64,000 nucleotides of DNA from Lytechinus pictus (GCF_037042905.1 NC_087252.1:15688001-15752000), one strand, 5' to 3'. Positions 38,696 through 52,161 are shown, counted from the first letter of the stretch. Program-made: numbers and translations. Notes: generated from the sequence alone by a model not told the origin.

Positions 38696-39989
38696 ATTAG
38701 CATATTATTATTTTCTCTTTTATCATTATTTGAAGTAGGATGATCTTGTACATTAACCAAATGAAATTTGTAAATGATCTTCCATATATCTGACTGTTCT
38801 GTGAAAAATACATAAGTTTAGGAAGGTGTGGTCTATCTTCAATACTTTTCAACATTAAAAATAAGAATAAAATGAATGAATTGTTAAAAGTTTGAATTAA
38901 TGATGATACCTCGCTGATCCATTTCGAATAAAATTTGGTAGAACTTTTAAAAAGCCAAGATGAAATCAAACTGAAGAATGACAACTGGTCAGTTTGTATC
39001 TATGGAATAACGGAAAGCCCATGTCCAAAATTCTGTTAAAAATGGATTCTGCTTGGCTTGGTCAGTATTGAAGGGAATAGGAAACGAAATCTTGCCTCCG
39101 GGCATTCGTTTTATCAAGGAACCTGGATTCCCCCCCTGACGCAGATTTAAGCAATGCAAAACAAACAATATCGGCCTGTGCAGAGAAATGATAACACAAC
39201 AAACTTGTAATTGATTGAAAATAGTGTTTGAGAGGAATTGCTGTATCACAATAAAACAAAAATACCTCTGTACTGAAGTAATAAAGCAACATAGTATTTC
39301 ATAAATACTTGATTAAAATATAAATGTATTCCTTTATTTTGAATAAAATATATGGCAATTCATAGAAAACGTTCACAGCATTTGTTTATTCATCTATTCA
39401 TTCATTTATATATTAATTGACTTATTTATTCATATATTAATCTATTTTGTTTTATTGTATTTAAACAGGGTGGACCTGTCAGTAATCACTATTAAATCAG
39501 TATTGTTTTTCAGGGAGCCCTTTATACAAATGATATATTAATAAAATTAATGGTTTTTTCAACTTTCATCTATTTATTCTCATTTTTAATACTTTTGATG
39601 ATTGTGTGACCTTTCTGATATTACAGGGCAACTTACAAAGCATCACCATAGTAAAAAAATACAACTGATACAGTTATGCCATTTTATTCAATATTGGGTT
39701 GGTATATGTAATATCAGGAAAAGATACTCAATTGAGATATAGGTTCTACTGGAATAAAATGATATGAACGATTCAATATTAAGATTTGGATAGTGAAAGT
39801 TAGGGCCTTGGTGGGATGCTGAGAAAGGAATTTGCTCCCTGGAAGGAAATGACACCTTGAGATATAAAACAGACTCTTCCTTCTATCTCAGTATGACTGC
39901 CATACTTTCTCTGTTTGTTATATCTGGGTTTATACTTTTTACATTTTCCACCTGTATTCCACTTATTATAAATCAAAGCATGCATCATT

Positions 39990-40820
39990 ATCCCTCCCTC
40001 CATCGCTCTATCCCTCCCTCCACCTCCCTTCCTACCTCCTCCGTTCCTTCCCTTCCCTTCCCTTGCTCCCTCCTGGCTCCAACCCTCCTCTCCGTACCTC
40101 CCCCGCCTCCCTCACCTTCCATTCCTCCTCTTGCCCCTCTCCTTTCCCATCTCCCTCCCTTCCTCATCCCTTGCGCCCCCTTCCCTCCCTCCATGTATCC
40201 CCATGTCTACCAACTGCCCTCCTTTTACCCACCCGCGCCCCTTTCCCCTCTCCATCCTCCTCTCTCATCCTCTTGTTACCACCTCCCCATCTTACTCCAT
40301 CCCTTTCTTACCCTCCCTCCATCTATTCCTGCCTCCCTCCCCCTCCCCTTTCTTTCCTCCCTCCATGCATCTCAAAGTCTTCCTGCCTTCCGTCCTCCTT
40401 CCTTCCTTCCCTCCCTCCCTCATCCTCACGTTACCACCTCCCCATCTTACTCCATCCCTTCTCACCCCTCCCTCCATCTCTTCCTTCCTCCTTCCCCACC
40501 TCCCACCCCCTCATCCCCTTTCTTTCCTCCCTCTATGCATCCCAATGTCTTCCTTCCGTCCTCCTGTCCACCCCTCCTCCTTCCTTCCTTCCCTCATCCT
40601 CTCGTTCCCATCTGACTTACTCCCTCGCTCTTTCTCCCTCTTTTTCCCTTCCTCCTCTTTCCCTTACTCCTTCCCTCCTCCTCTCTCATTTTTTCCCTCC
40701 CTCCCTTCCTTCTATCCACCCCTTTCACCTCTTCTTTCCCCTCTCCCACTCCATCACTCTCCCTCTCACTCTCTTACCCACCTCCCTCCATTCCTATATC
40801 CATCTCCTATCTCCCATTCC
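39990..40820. repeat. Very long polypyrimidine tract with internal duplications of about 155 bp
   Basis: About 830 bp, C/T-rich; gttaccacctccccatcttactccatccctt occurs at about 40275 and 40430. Confidence 0.92.
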
Positions 40821-41850
40821 AAGAGGAGCGCAGAGAGCCACTTAACCTCTATAAACCTTCCTCTTTTATTTCCCATCGATTCTAGGTAGAACCCTCACAA
40901 ATATTAAAGAAATACATAGCTCCCTATCAAGGGGAATGTAAATTGATTAGAACAAAAGTCTACCACTATACGCCGATAAAATGCACGCTCTTTGACTCCC
41001 AAATAACATTACCGAACTCACAATAATACAAACAAAATGACAGTATTTCGCATCCATTTGTTTGATTATTACTCTATGCATGGAATGAGCTGCATGGTGC
41101 AGCTTGGCTCAGTATCTTTTTCTTCCCCTCCAAATCAGTTTAGGGTTCGCCCTAGAAAAATCAAAGGTTTCCTCTCTTTTCCCTGTTCTTTGGTGTCAGT
41201 GACACAATATGGCAGGGCCTAGGCGATGAGAATGTAATTTGAAGTTGCCAAGCTTATCGGCTGGCTAGATAAACTCTCGACAGTTATTGATTATGGTGGC
41301 AGGGGTCCTAATATTTTGCAGACAAACACAACAGCTACAGTATTATTGCAAGCTAGCAGAGCACATACCAATTCGCATGAATTTCTTTTTTTTTTGGTAA
41401 ACACAGCGTATGTTTTTCGTTGAAGACGCGAGTTTTAAAGGTATTTTTAGTCAATGATAACTTCACGATGTTGCAAATTAGAAAAGTTCAGTCTTATTAT
41501 ATAGAAGTAAACGGAAACCCAAAATTTAATGGAAAATGCAAATTTTGCAATTAGTTAAAAACATTATTTTTGGGGAAAAAACATTTTACAGAATGATGAG
41601 GCAGGAATGTGAGATAAGATAAGCCAAAATTACACTAGAATTTTGGCTTTTATCTGATTCTAATTTTGTAAAATAGAACATTATAAAAATGGATAAAAAC
41701 TTAATACACGATTTATTTTAAATAAATTAATGTTTTTCTCTATTTCTATTGAACTGTGGACATAAATAGAAGTTGAAATTGAATGGAATGAAATTATTAA
41801 CACCTGATAATTAATGTGCACTCTCTCTTGATATCTCTATTCATTTCCAG

Positions 41851-42037
41851 TGGTTGAAAAATGGCCAGCCGTTGGTTATCCGAGATTCCCGTCACAACAT
41901 CCTCGATTCCGGCTCTCTCTTCTTTCTTCAAGTCGTCGGTAACCGACAAGGCGGGCAGGACGGAGGTGTCTACCAGTGCGTCGCTGAAAACTCTTTGGGA
42001 ACGGCTTACAGTGCTAATGCCACCCTGGAAATAGCAT
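41851..42037 (+). CDS. robo: Roundabout exon: C-terminal half of Ig1
   Basis: Acceptor ctattcatttccAG ends at 41850; donor T|GTAAGT at 42038. Phase 0 to 1. Encodes WLKNGQP...DSGSLFFLQVV...DGGVYQCVAENSLGTAYSANATLEIA, with the Robo-diagnostic SGSLFFL and D-x-GVY-x-CVA-x-N-x-LG-x-A-x-S-x-NA-x-LE-x-A. Confidence 0.95.
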
Positions 42038-42062
42038 GTAAGTCTACACCTTGCATTCTTTA

Positions 42063-42302
42063 CACCTTAAAACAAACTTGGGTGTCAAAGCTGACACCAG
42101 TAGGTGTCCCCAGAGGTCCAGACCTGAGGTGTTAACATTACACAATAGATATTTAGCATAACACCAAAAGGTGTAAAATTAAAACCAAAGGTGTTGTAAT
42201 AACACCCATGGGTGTTGAACTAACACTAGATTTAACACCAAAGTAAAATGACTGGTGTGGTTTTCTGTACACTGGTTAACACCACAGTGTTTGTTCTGTG
42301 TG
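42063..42302 (+). mobile_element. ACACC-rich MITE copy
   Basis: Family core; begins about 25 nt after the exon donor at 42038. Confidence 0.75.
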
Positions 42303-42504
42303 TTTCACAGCAGCATTTATGAGTTAGAAGTGATTTCATGTTCTATGGGTTTAATCCTGCCAGGTCACATCCGTGTGGATGGTGACTGTCAAAAGCCAAT
42401 TATCATACGACAATTAATTGCAGCTTGTTAAAAAAATGTGTATAGAAAACAAAAAACAAGCCCATTATTTAAGGGGGTGCAAAAAGTTTTTTATTTTTTT
42501 TACT

Positions 42505-42710
42505 TTGGGTAAGAAGATCCTTTGCATGCATTTCCCACATTGTGGAATAGCCTACCTGAAGACATCAAAAGTTGTATCGACATTGAGACTTTCAAAATCT
42601 TCTTCAAACCTTTGATTTTACTTATTTATTCTCTGTAATATTAATTCACACACATTCTTCGTGCTCATTGGATCTTACCCTTGTAAAAAAAATGCAGACT
42701 ATTTATTTCT
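42505..42710 (+). mobile_element. 3' remnant of an L2/CR1-group LINE (RT C-terminus)
   Basis: Frameshifted translation RSFAC../LWNSLPEDIKSCIDIETFK matches the G-x-RxF-x-x-x-xP-x-LWNxLP-x-x-(I/L)...FK C-terminal motif of these LINEs. Confidence 0.65.
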
Positions 42711-43144
42711 GAACACAATATTATACTGAGCTGCATACAATCAAGTCTATTTGAAGGTAAATCTTTGATAAAGGTATTGGACAATGGATGATATTGACTC
42801 GATTGCTATTTATTCTTTTTTTAATATTTAATTTGTTTCCTCCATTATTTCTGAGATGAGGGTGATAAAAAATAGGGAGTGGTTCCTGACTGTAAATGGC
42901 ATTGGAGGTGTGCTGAGTGGGAAAGACCTTGTGTTTGAGTAGAAGTTAAGTGGAGTGAGTGAGACGGATCAATAGGTATGACAAGTAGCTTCGTAGAAGG
43001 TACTCTTGAAAGTGTGTGAGGAGGAGAAATATGAACGGACACGGGTAAGAGAAGGAGGAATGCTGGGAAGGAGGAGGAGGAAGGAAGAGCGGACAAATAA
43101 GGGAGGGGAACTGGCATTTTTATCAAGGTTTGTTGGTTAGATAT

Positions 43145-43480
43145 AAATGGCAAATCCACCTTTATAAAAAGATTATGTGAATGGTAAAAAAGTAAAACCA
43201 ACAAAATGAACACTGAAAATTTCATCAAAATCAGATTTAAAATAAGAAAGTTATGACATTTTACAAGATTTCTTCATGTCACAAAACAGTTTGATATAAG
43301 CACATCCTGGTCAGTATGCAAATGAGGGAACTGATGATGTCAACCACTCATTATTTCTTGAGTATTTTATTGTGAGAAATATGAATTATGAATTTTCTCC
43401 TCAATATGATAATTATAAACAAAGTCTGATTCCTCCCTGAAATGTGAAATTGTCATCTATGCCGTGTAGTATGATTTGAT
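43145..43480. mobile_element. Left-arm fragment of the Kolobok-like family
   Basis: cactgaaaatttcatcaaaat...aaaataagaaagttatgacattt...gtatgcaaatgagg, as in 1562-2165. Confidence 0.75.
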
Positions 43481-43511
43481 AAAGAGTGGTTGGATGGAAA
43501 TATAGCTTGCT

Positions 43512-43879
43512 AGGTAGGTAGGTAGATAGGTAGATAGATAGATAGATAGAAAGATATATATATAGATAGATAGATAGAAAGATAGATAGATAGATAGATA
43601 GATAGGGTAGGGTAAAATATATACATTTAGATAATAAATAAATGGATTTACAGATATATGATTTTAGCAAAACATATTAGATCTTTAAGACATTGATCAG
43701 GAATAAAGAGATATTGGATTATAGATATTGGATAGATAGATAGATGGATGGATATATAGGTAGATAGATAGATAAATATATAGATAGATATATAGATATA
43801 TAGATAGATAGATAGCTATATATATAGATAGATATATAGATAGAAAGATATATAGATAGATATATATATAGAAAGATAT

Positions 43880-43932
<53 letters not shown>

Positions 43933-43955
43933 AAGATATATAGATAGATAGATAT

Positions 43956-44020
<65 letters not shown>

Positions 44021-44445
44021 AAGATAGATAGATAGAAAGATGGATGGATGGATGGATGGATGGATGGATGGATGGATGGATGGATGGATGGATGGATGGA
44101 TGGATGGATGGATGGATGGATGGATGGATGGATGGATGGATGGATGGATGGATGGATGGATGGATGGATGGATGGATGGATGGATGGATGGATGGATGGA
44201 TGGATGGATGGATGGATGGATGGATGGATGGATGGATGGATGGAAAGAAAGATAGATAGGGTAGGGTAAAATATATACATTTAGATAATAAATAAATGGA
44301 TTTACAGATATATGATTTTAGCAAAACATATTAGATCTTTAAGACATTGATCAAAAGAGGAATCTAGAGAAATTGGATAATAGATATTGGATAGATAAAT
44401 GGATGGATAGATAGATAGGTGGATAGATCAATAGATAGATAGATG
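43512..44445. repeat. Compound (GGTA)/(GATA)n/(GGAT)n microsatellite array with a duplicated unique spacer
   Basis: Perfect (GGAT)n at about 44039-44244. A unique block of about 100 bp at 43601-43699 is repeated at 44255-44353. Confidence 0.95.
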
Positions 44446-47269
44446 ATTGGGTCTTGGATGGGGAGCAGATGACAGACAGAACTCCCATAAACAAACCCAT
44501 TCAGACACGCACAAGAGGGTTGTGCAACAAATAGAGCTAAAGTTAAGAACAAAACAATATCATACATTTCAAAATTGAGTTAGGGGAAAAAATATTCAAC
44601 CTTGCATATGGTCAACAAGTCACAGGCTCTGTGACCTGCATATATTTACCATCTTCCGTGGTAGCCAAAGTGGAAAATGCTCAAAACTTTTTTGACCGTT
44701 CTCCTTGTTCTCATAGATTTTTTTTTTTTGGAGAAGCATCAATCTCGCTTCTTCTTTCAAGTCGAGTATCTGACCTTTTCGAGTCGAGTGCTCTTTGCCC
44801 TCACCTCTTGTGTATCGCGGCAAGCAAATTTTCATTTTCAAACTTGGAAGCCTGCACCATCTACATGGAGCACTGACATTTTAACATGAATTGAAAGTTA
44901 GAAACATGCTTCTTTACTTCATATTATAAAGTATGTATTTTTTTTTGGGGGGGCGAAAAAATACTAATGATGCTCATATTCATTCTGTTTTGAGTTTAAT
45001 TTTATCAAACTATGTGGCCTGAATAGGATTTCTTTTTAACATGACGTACACAAACCTCATTCTTCATGTTATATTTCCTTTCTTTTTTAAGGGGGGGGGG
45101 CTTGATACAGATATTCAAATGATGCCCACTTCCATTCTGTTTTGAATTTTGAGTTTGATTTCATCGAACTATGTAGCCTGAATTTGAATTAGTTTTGTTG
45201 TCGTCCTGCCTGTTTTTCCGTTTTCCACCCCTCTCTTTCTCTCTCTCTCACTCTCTCTTCCCTCTCTCTATCTCAATGTATCTTCCCCCTTTACCCTTTC
45301 CAATTCTTTTATTCTTGTAGTATGCTTTTAGTCCACGCTGGCATGGGCCCTTTCGGTATTTTCTTGCCCTGGAGCTCAATAATGTTTTCCATTGAATGCT
45401 AATTGACGGCTTAATAACTCTCTGAAACTCGTCAACTGTAGACCAAACTCCTTGAAGTTAAAACCCCCATAAGAGCCCCAGTGTACACCACGGCCGTGTA
45501 AGCGAAGACCGGCGGAGGAAGCCCATTCCAAGGCCTGTCTTATTCCTGCGTAAGCAAAGACGGTAGATCAGGCTACGTCGTGTCGTCACGGTGATGGTAA
45601 AGTAAGAAAAACATGGGGCGGACAGGAAAGGAGTGAAATAAAGCTATGAAAATGCAATTGAACTCGAGAGGAGATCACTGCTATGCATTGAGAGTTAGCA
45701 GTGACCATAATAGGTAGGAAGGGAGTCAACTCGGTGGAGAAAAGATTAGATAGAGAAGAAGGCTTGAGGTTGACTTTGAATCATTCCACATGAAGAAAGC
45801 ATAAACGAAATCGATGAGTTTGCAGTAAAAATTGGTGAATCCAATCTTGAAAATAATGTGATTTGGGTGAAATTAGAAATAAAGGAAAAACAGAACAGTG
45901 AATGTTTGAAAGAATCGGATATTTTTACAAACATATATTTCAATTCAATCAATTTGAAAATGATCTATTGAGGTAAAAACAATATTTTGACAAAGAAAGA
46001 TACATATTGTAGGTGAATAGGGTGTAAAATAATGAATTGCATAACTTGGGGTGGCAATGCAAGACACGACATCAATGGCACCACATAACATAATAGACCT
46101 CAAGCCTAAGTGCCTAACTCCCTCACAATAACATTTCAAAACACTCAAACATGAAATATTGAAAGTTTCAGGATCCAGGTAAATGGAAATAACGAATTAC
46201 GGTATACTTCAAGAAGAAAAATCAATTGTGTTGTTTAACAGATGGCGTAAGACTATGTGTGCCTTGGTTGAGGAAAGCAAGGTCGAAGTGAGTGAACAAA
46301 AGTCAACCCTCTTGATGTTTTTTCTTCCTTTTGTCTTCATTTTTCTCATGTTCTTATTCTGTTCTGCCTGAGTTCTCCATAATCATCCACCCACAACAAG
46401 ACTTTAAACTCCCTATACCATTCCCCTTCCAATGCCAACAGGCCAATCAATTACCAAAAGGGTGAAAAATCATTTAAGTTCAGGGCATTTCTTAATTGCA
46501 TGCTGTAAAAACTAATAAAAGAACTCATCAAAAATTCTGGGCCGTGCAGGACTCTCGCAGCGGTTTTGGTAATTACTTTCTTCTGGGTTTGAGGCTATGC
46601 CTCACCCACTTCTATCATATTTTTATGTCCAAACGCTTGAACTTATTTTTGCCCAAGTTTTTTTTTTTTAAACAGCCAATGTATCGGGGGCTCTTTATTA
46701 AAAATTGAGTTGTATAATTTGTGCCCATTCAGGTGAACTATAATTGGAGTGAGATTGCATCTTTTGGGGCGTTTTTATTGCCAACAAGAAAGCAAGAAGA
46801 AAAAGTGTCTCGGGAGATAACTTGTCATTTTGTTATCTCCGTTAACTGTTTTTCTACTTTTCTTAAATTAATGGGTGGCCAAGGGCTATAATTTTCTTTG
46901 CCGTGTTTTGATTTTTTAGAAAGAAAATATATATCAAGCTAAACTAGTTCAGGTTTATGATGAGACAATATTGTTTTGTGCTCCAGGACTGTACTTATTC
47001 TGTGAAACTTCAAGCCAGCTCTCTGCCATTTGAAGCAAGGAACAAAATGTTTGAATATTACTTGATACCAAGAAAAAATAACAACACTATTATATGTACT
47101 ACTAATTGAGCTAAAAAAAATTGGTTATTTAGCAAGAGTATATGTTTTTATCGTGCATTTATTTAATCCGACTTCGGCTAATGGGGGGTGTTTTTGATTG
47201 GTGTCCATGAGTTCAAATTGAGCTACTATCTAGAGACTTAGCAAACTCGCTCTGATGGAGAACTATTTT

Positions 47270-47655
47270 TTTTTTAAATCAAGTTTTAGGTTTACACATG
47301 CCTAAAACATGTGTTTCGTGTAGACACTCATTGCAAATAAATGACAAGTTCATTGTTGTTTTACAATGTCATTTTTTGTTTGATCACTGTTAAGTTAGCA
47401 GAGCCAGTCCTCTGAAAAAAAAAATGCATAAGTTAAATACAACAGATTTTTTTTGTCAATTGATCACAGTTCAAGTTAGTGATGGTGAAATATCTATTTA
47501 TTCTTTTTTCTTTCAAATCAAGTTTTAGGTTTACGCACTTCTAAAACATGTGATTGTTGTAGACACTCATTGCAAAGAAATGCACAAATTCATCGTTGTT
47601 ATACAACCCACATCAATTTCTTGTTTGATCACAGTGAAGTTCATTGTAGCCAGTC
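47270..47655. repeat. Diverged tandem duplication (about 239-bp period)
   Basis: aaatcaagttttaggtttac...ctaaaacatgtg...gtagacactcattgcaaa occurs at about 47276 and 47515. Confidence 0.85.
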
Positions 47656-47663
47656 TTAAGCTT

Positions 47664-47871
47664 ACTTAGTCTTGTTCTAGACTCCTATTATGAATTCTTT
47701 ACTCCCCGATTGTACAGCAAGCCGAATGAGCGCGCATCCCCCAAAATCTGTACTTTCTGAGAAAAAAAAAATCCCGGGAGTACAGGTTTTGGGGTTCGCA
47801 CGCCCACTCGGCTTGGCGAACAGTTGGCGGATAAAGAAATAAATAAAATGGGGTCTAGAGCTAGACTAAGT
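47664..47871. mobile_element. Fully foldback MITE of about 205 bp
   Basis: acttagtct.g.tctagac ... gtctaga.c.agactaagt termini. The arms pair (caagccga/tcggcttg, ccccaaaa/ttttgggg, ctgtact/agtacag) around an A-rich loop. Confidence 0.75.
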
Positions 47872-48009
47872 CACACTGTACTTTAAATCGTTTGATACCT
47901 ACTTGGTATGTAGGTCTTTAGGATCAGGCGTGTGCGTAAAGTGACAGGTTTGATCCCTCTGTGCCAGTGTACTGTCACATAGGTTGCACACTCACACCAT
48001 TCACACCCC

Positions 48010-48214
48010 ACACGGTAAAAAAGTTGTTTCAAAGCTGTTTAAAAATTATCATACAACGCTGTTTATCATCTAACTTTACAACACTTGTTTAACAGTTTAA
48101 GCAAGTGTTTAAGATCTTCAACAACCAAGTTGGTGAAGTGAAATTGCATTCAAAACTTGGTCTGTTCCTATTTTAATCAACTTTTGGGTTGGTTAAACAA
48201 ATTTCCGAGAGTGT
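48010..48214. mobile_element. CAC-ended MITE, same family as 55798-56032
   Basis: cacggtaaaaaa...gctgtttaaaa...aacgctgt ... gagagtg. Confidence 0.6.
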
Positions 48215-48234
48215 AAAGGGATGTGAGATCCTTG

Positions 48235-48812
48235 TTATAGCCAGCTCAGAACAACAAGGTTTTCACTCAGTTGAGGCAGGGTCTGATCTAGTAATATAAT
48301 TTCTGGGTGTTTTGAGACCCGAAATTGCTAGTAGTTCACTCATACTTCCGTGATCAGATGAGGTGTAAAAGCTTCTATATGCATTTGGTACAGGAGAAGA
48401 AACTCTATATATTTGCATGCATGTGGAGTGTAGATTCATACTTCTTACATTCAAGTTTGAAATGGTTTTGGCGCCAAATCATTTACAAGACCTTGTCATG
48501 CCTTTATTCACCAGCTCATACCCTGAGATGCTCAGTCTCACCCTAGCATCTTCCCAAGATCTCCAAAACAGTAGCCCATGTTGGACAGGGTTTCAATTCC
48601 ACAGCACCTTCTCTTCGGAATAACTTACCATTGAATTTATGAAGTGTACTATCTAAAGAGACTTACAAATCTAAACTGAACTTTCATCTTGTTTAACAGT
48701 ATCGGTTCTTGGCACTATTAGACACTCATCCAAACTCTCTAATTCTTTCTTTTCTCTTGTGCACCTCTGAAAAGAATAAATTTCTAGATAGATGGGGCTA
48801 TATAAATGCCAT
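48235..48812 (+). mobile_element. Decayed 3' end of an L2/CR1-group LINE
   Basis: Broken frames give ILLTFK..LAPNHLQDL / YSPAHTLR / FNSTAPSLRNNLPLNL*SVLSKETYKSKL, the typical LINE RT C-terminal pattern. Ends in ggctatataaat. Confidence 0.6.
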
Positions 48813-50344
48813 TTGATGCATGTGTGTTGGTGCTCCATTCCATCTGCTTCTAAATGCTTCTGCATTTCCAATATCTCTGTCAGATGGATGCTGCGTACCA
48901 CCCATCTCATTTTATTTGTTGCTTAAATCAAATACTCTTCAGGAATGGCAGTATCTTCAAATCTGCTCGTACTTTGTGACATTTCAACACAGATAGATCA
49001 GGGGTTGTGTTACAAAGATTTTCGATAGCTTCAAACCAAACGCAAATTGCGATTGATCTAGGACTCCTATCTCTTAGCCACATGAATTCATGTCTGTCGC
49101 AGTGTGAGTTCGATCTAAATCTATTGTAATTTTTGTAATACGCTTCCCAGTCCTCTGCTTCACAGATCGTTTTAACACGGTTGTTTTTCCCGCTCATGCA
49201 AAATGTCCTCCGGACCGATGAGCGGGTAATAAATGGGTGCCTATGGAACACTCTATTCATTTGCTCCACCTTTCTAAATCAATTGGTGGATATTTCAAGC
49301 ACTCTTCCACATTTGCTTTCTTTTTATTCAGTTTCATAACATGTTCATGTGATTTCCTCTCATCCTGAAACATGTCATAGATTTACCATTGTCTACCTTT
49401 TATCTGTATCTCCTTCTCTTTAAGACAGTAGGCTCCATCCCTTAAGATCAAAGTCTATCTGCAAAGACACTCCCCTTGTCGCTCTTATCTGTTCCTATCT
49501 ATAACTGTTATATTCATATTTCAAAAGTATGTCTTCACATATCTGTTTCTCTTGTTCACTCTCTTTCTCTCTCCTTCCTTCTCACCCCCTGTCTTAAGAT
49601 CTATGCCTTGTCTAATATATCTCTCCCATATCTGCCTAAGCCCATTTCCTTTCTCTGTTATAAATTAATATCACCCCTGTCTCGTAATTTCATAAACGAG
49701 AATGTATCTTCCACTACCCATCCTTCTTCCTTTCAATGGATAGCATTTCACAAGCATGCAATTGTTACAAACAACTCATAGAAACCGTTGCATCTGATTG
49801 GCTAAGAGGGTATTTCACACAAAAAATTACTGGCAATATGCTTCGTGAAATGCCACCGAGATATCTCGGTAATCCGTCCCGGTGGTTTCCTGCCTCTGCA
49901 AACATGGGATTGATTCTGACAACGGCTGAGCAGCAAGCAGGAAAACCATCCTGACATATTTTGCTCATATTCCGCCAATCCTACCATATTTCCTGGAGTG
50001 GTATTGATGCCACCGGGGATGATCCTGGCTATCAACGGATGCATTACCTGATGGAGGCTGAGGTGGGGTTTTTATTGGTGCCTTTTCGTGGTGAGAGGGT
50101 TATAGATGCAGATCTGTGATTTGGATTGATATGATAGACGACGCACGGAGTGTGGGTAGAGTTGCGAAATTCTAGATGCAGGTTAGTCTGCAGGCACAGA
50201 CTCGGGTAGAAACTTTGATCAACAAGTGAGCCTTCACACAAAGACTAGCACATGTAAAACTTGCTGTTTCTATATATTTTAGCGAGAGGGCCTTCACTAC
50301 AGAAGTAAAGGGTTTGTACAGCAGACTACGTGCTGATGTAGAAG

Positions 50345-50575
50345 TGCTATGGTGTAGTGGTTCTGACTCTTGCATTTCAATCAGAGAGTCATCGGTTTGA
50401 ATCTTGCTTCAGGTATTGATTTCCTTCAGCAAGAAAATACAATCCACATTGGCTGCACTCAACCCAGGTGGACTTGGTGAACGGGTACCTGTTAGGATTT
50501 ATTCCTTCAACACTTTAACTGCAAAATGGCGGCTCAGCTATGGCCGGGGACATAATGTACCAAGTATGAAGTGCA
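50345..50575 (+). mobile_element. Decayed tRNA-derived SINE
   Basis: A box tggtgtagtgg, degenerate B box ggtttgaatc, core cactcaacccaggtg...gggtacc. Confidence 0.75.
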
Positions 50576-51998
50576 GGAAAGTTTTATTATCATATCACTC
50601 AAAGGAACATGTCAACTTAGTTCAAAATATATATTTAAAAACTAGTTGCTTAATGCTTATTAGTTTGTTATTAAAAAGAATCGCATAATACAATTTTGAA
50701 AGAAATGCTCAAAACAATGAAAATTCAGTGTCAAACTTTGTATTTTAATCCAGCTTACTATGGAAGTTACATAGAAGATCAATTCAAAACCTAAATATAC
50801 CGTTTGGATCGTGATGCTGAAAAGTAGTCACAAAGCATTGATAATTGTACATTGTTCCACAACCCATGATACCTTACAATTATTTGCTGTTTTGGGTGAA
50901 AATTAATTAATTGAAGTTGAGAGAATGGTCAAGTACTTATTCACCATGTTTTGTTAGTTTTTGCTGCAGTGCTTTCTACTTTAGATGTGAACATGTCCGA
51001 GTCAATCAGAAGAAATGGTTGTCCAAACCTGTCAAAGGATTTGAACTTGTCAATCGACGATGATCTGGAATTCTTTCTCTCCAGAGAAGCACCAGACAGC
51101 CTCACCATTTGCTCTCATGGATCTATCCACCTTCATCTTCACTCATCTCCCTCTCTTCTTAAACCCAGAAACCCTCATCCGCATCCAGCATCCTGGCAGG
51201 GGCAGGGACGGAGAAGCTCTCTTTATTTGCTTTCCACTGCGAGAATTCCTGCAACCTTCAGAAAGTCTGTAAAAGATCTTGTAATTTTAACAAGTGCATG
51301 TAGGCCTGGCCTCTTGAGCTGGTATTTTTTGTCAGGAATATAATTAGTAATTTGCTTTCATACTGGAAAAAATAGGCCCAACTTGGTATTTTTTTAACGG
51401 GGTAGATCAGGGTAAATTTCCAGAACTGGGTGTAGATATAGGCTTAAAGCTATTAGAATGTGAATCTTGTAATGTTGGTATAAATTTAGTATCTGATCAT
51501 TTGAAAATTGAAGGAGTGAGGATTGTGTTCTAATCAATCATGGTAAAGACCACCGACCTTGATTTTTACTTAGATGTGGAAGATACAAAGTTCACCAAAC
51601 ATTGGTTGTCATGAGAAAGTTTAGCATCTGACATACTTTCCTCGTCCGTCTCTTAAGAACTGTACCACAGTATCTTGTATGTCATCACCACCCCATCACG
51701 GGTCACAACTATCCACCATGTTTTCTCTTAATCACTTGTGGATCTTGGTCTCTTTAACTGATATTTATTCAAACCTCACCTGGGATGTTGTACCTGACTC
51801 ACCTTGTGAAATCCTCAGGCAATCGGGTCTAGTGGAGTATCGCCCGCACACCTGTCCCGTGGAGAGTGATGGCTAGTCTCGGCCCAAAGACCTTTAAGGT
51901 ACCTTGTCAAGAGTCGGGGAGGCAGCGTCTTTCATGCAGAAATCCTGCAAGCAGCCTTTCATTTCAAATTCTCACACTTCATCCGGCCAACCTTGTAC

Positions 51999-52161
51999 AA
52001 GTCATTTTACTCCGGTTTTAAGGTGGTTTCCCAACTTCTTGGTTACCTTTACACTCTTTGGTGTTCTGTTCAATCTCTATGGTGTAATTAGAACACCTCT
52101 TAGTGTGGTCCTCTTTGGACGCCAACTGGTGTCAGTTTCAACACCCAGTTTTTACAGCGGG
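51999..52161 (-). mobile_element. ACACC-rich MITE, internally deleted copy
   Basis: Reverse complement of the family core; ends tttttacagcg. Confidence 0.7.

Noticed and set aside
39857..40889. ORFs of about 250 aa rich in Pro/Ser/Leu, one with a hydrophobic N-terminus
   Set aside because: Stop-free only because of the pyrimidine tract, open in all three frames, and inside a Robo intron. The same applies to 31626-32374 and 16867-17376.
43719..44324. HPSI/MDGW repeat ORFs
   Set aside because: Translations of (GGAT)n and (GATA)n microsatellites.
46242..46246. 5-nt microexon (tttaacAG|ATGGC|GTAAGA)
   Set aside because: Not a multiple of three; it would frameshift between Ig1 and Ig2.
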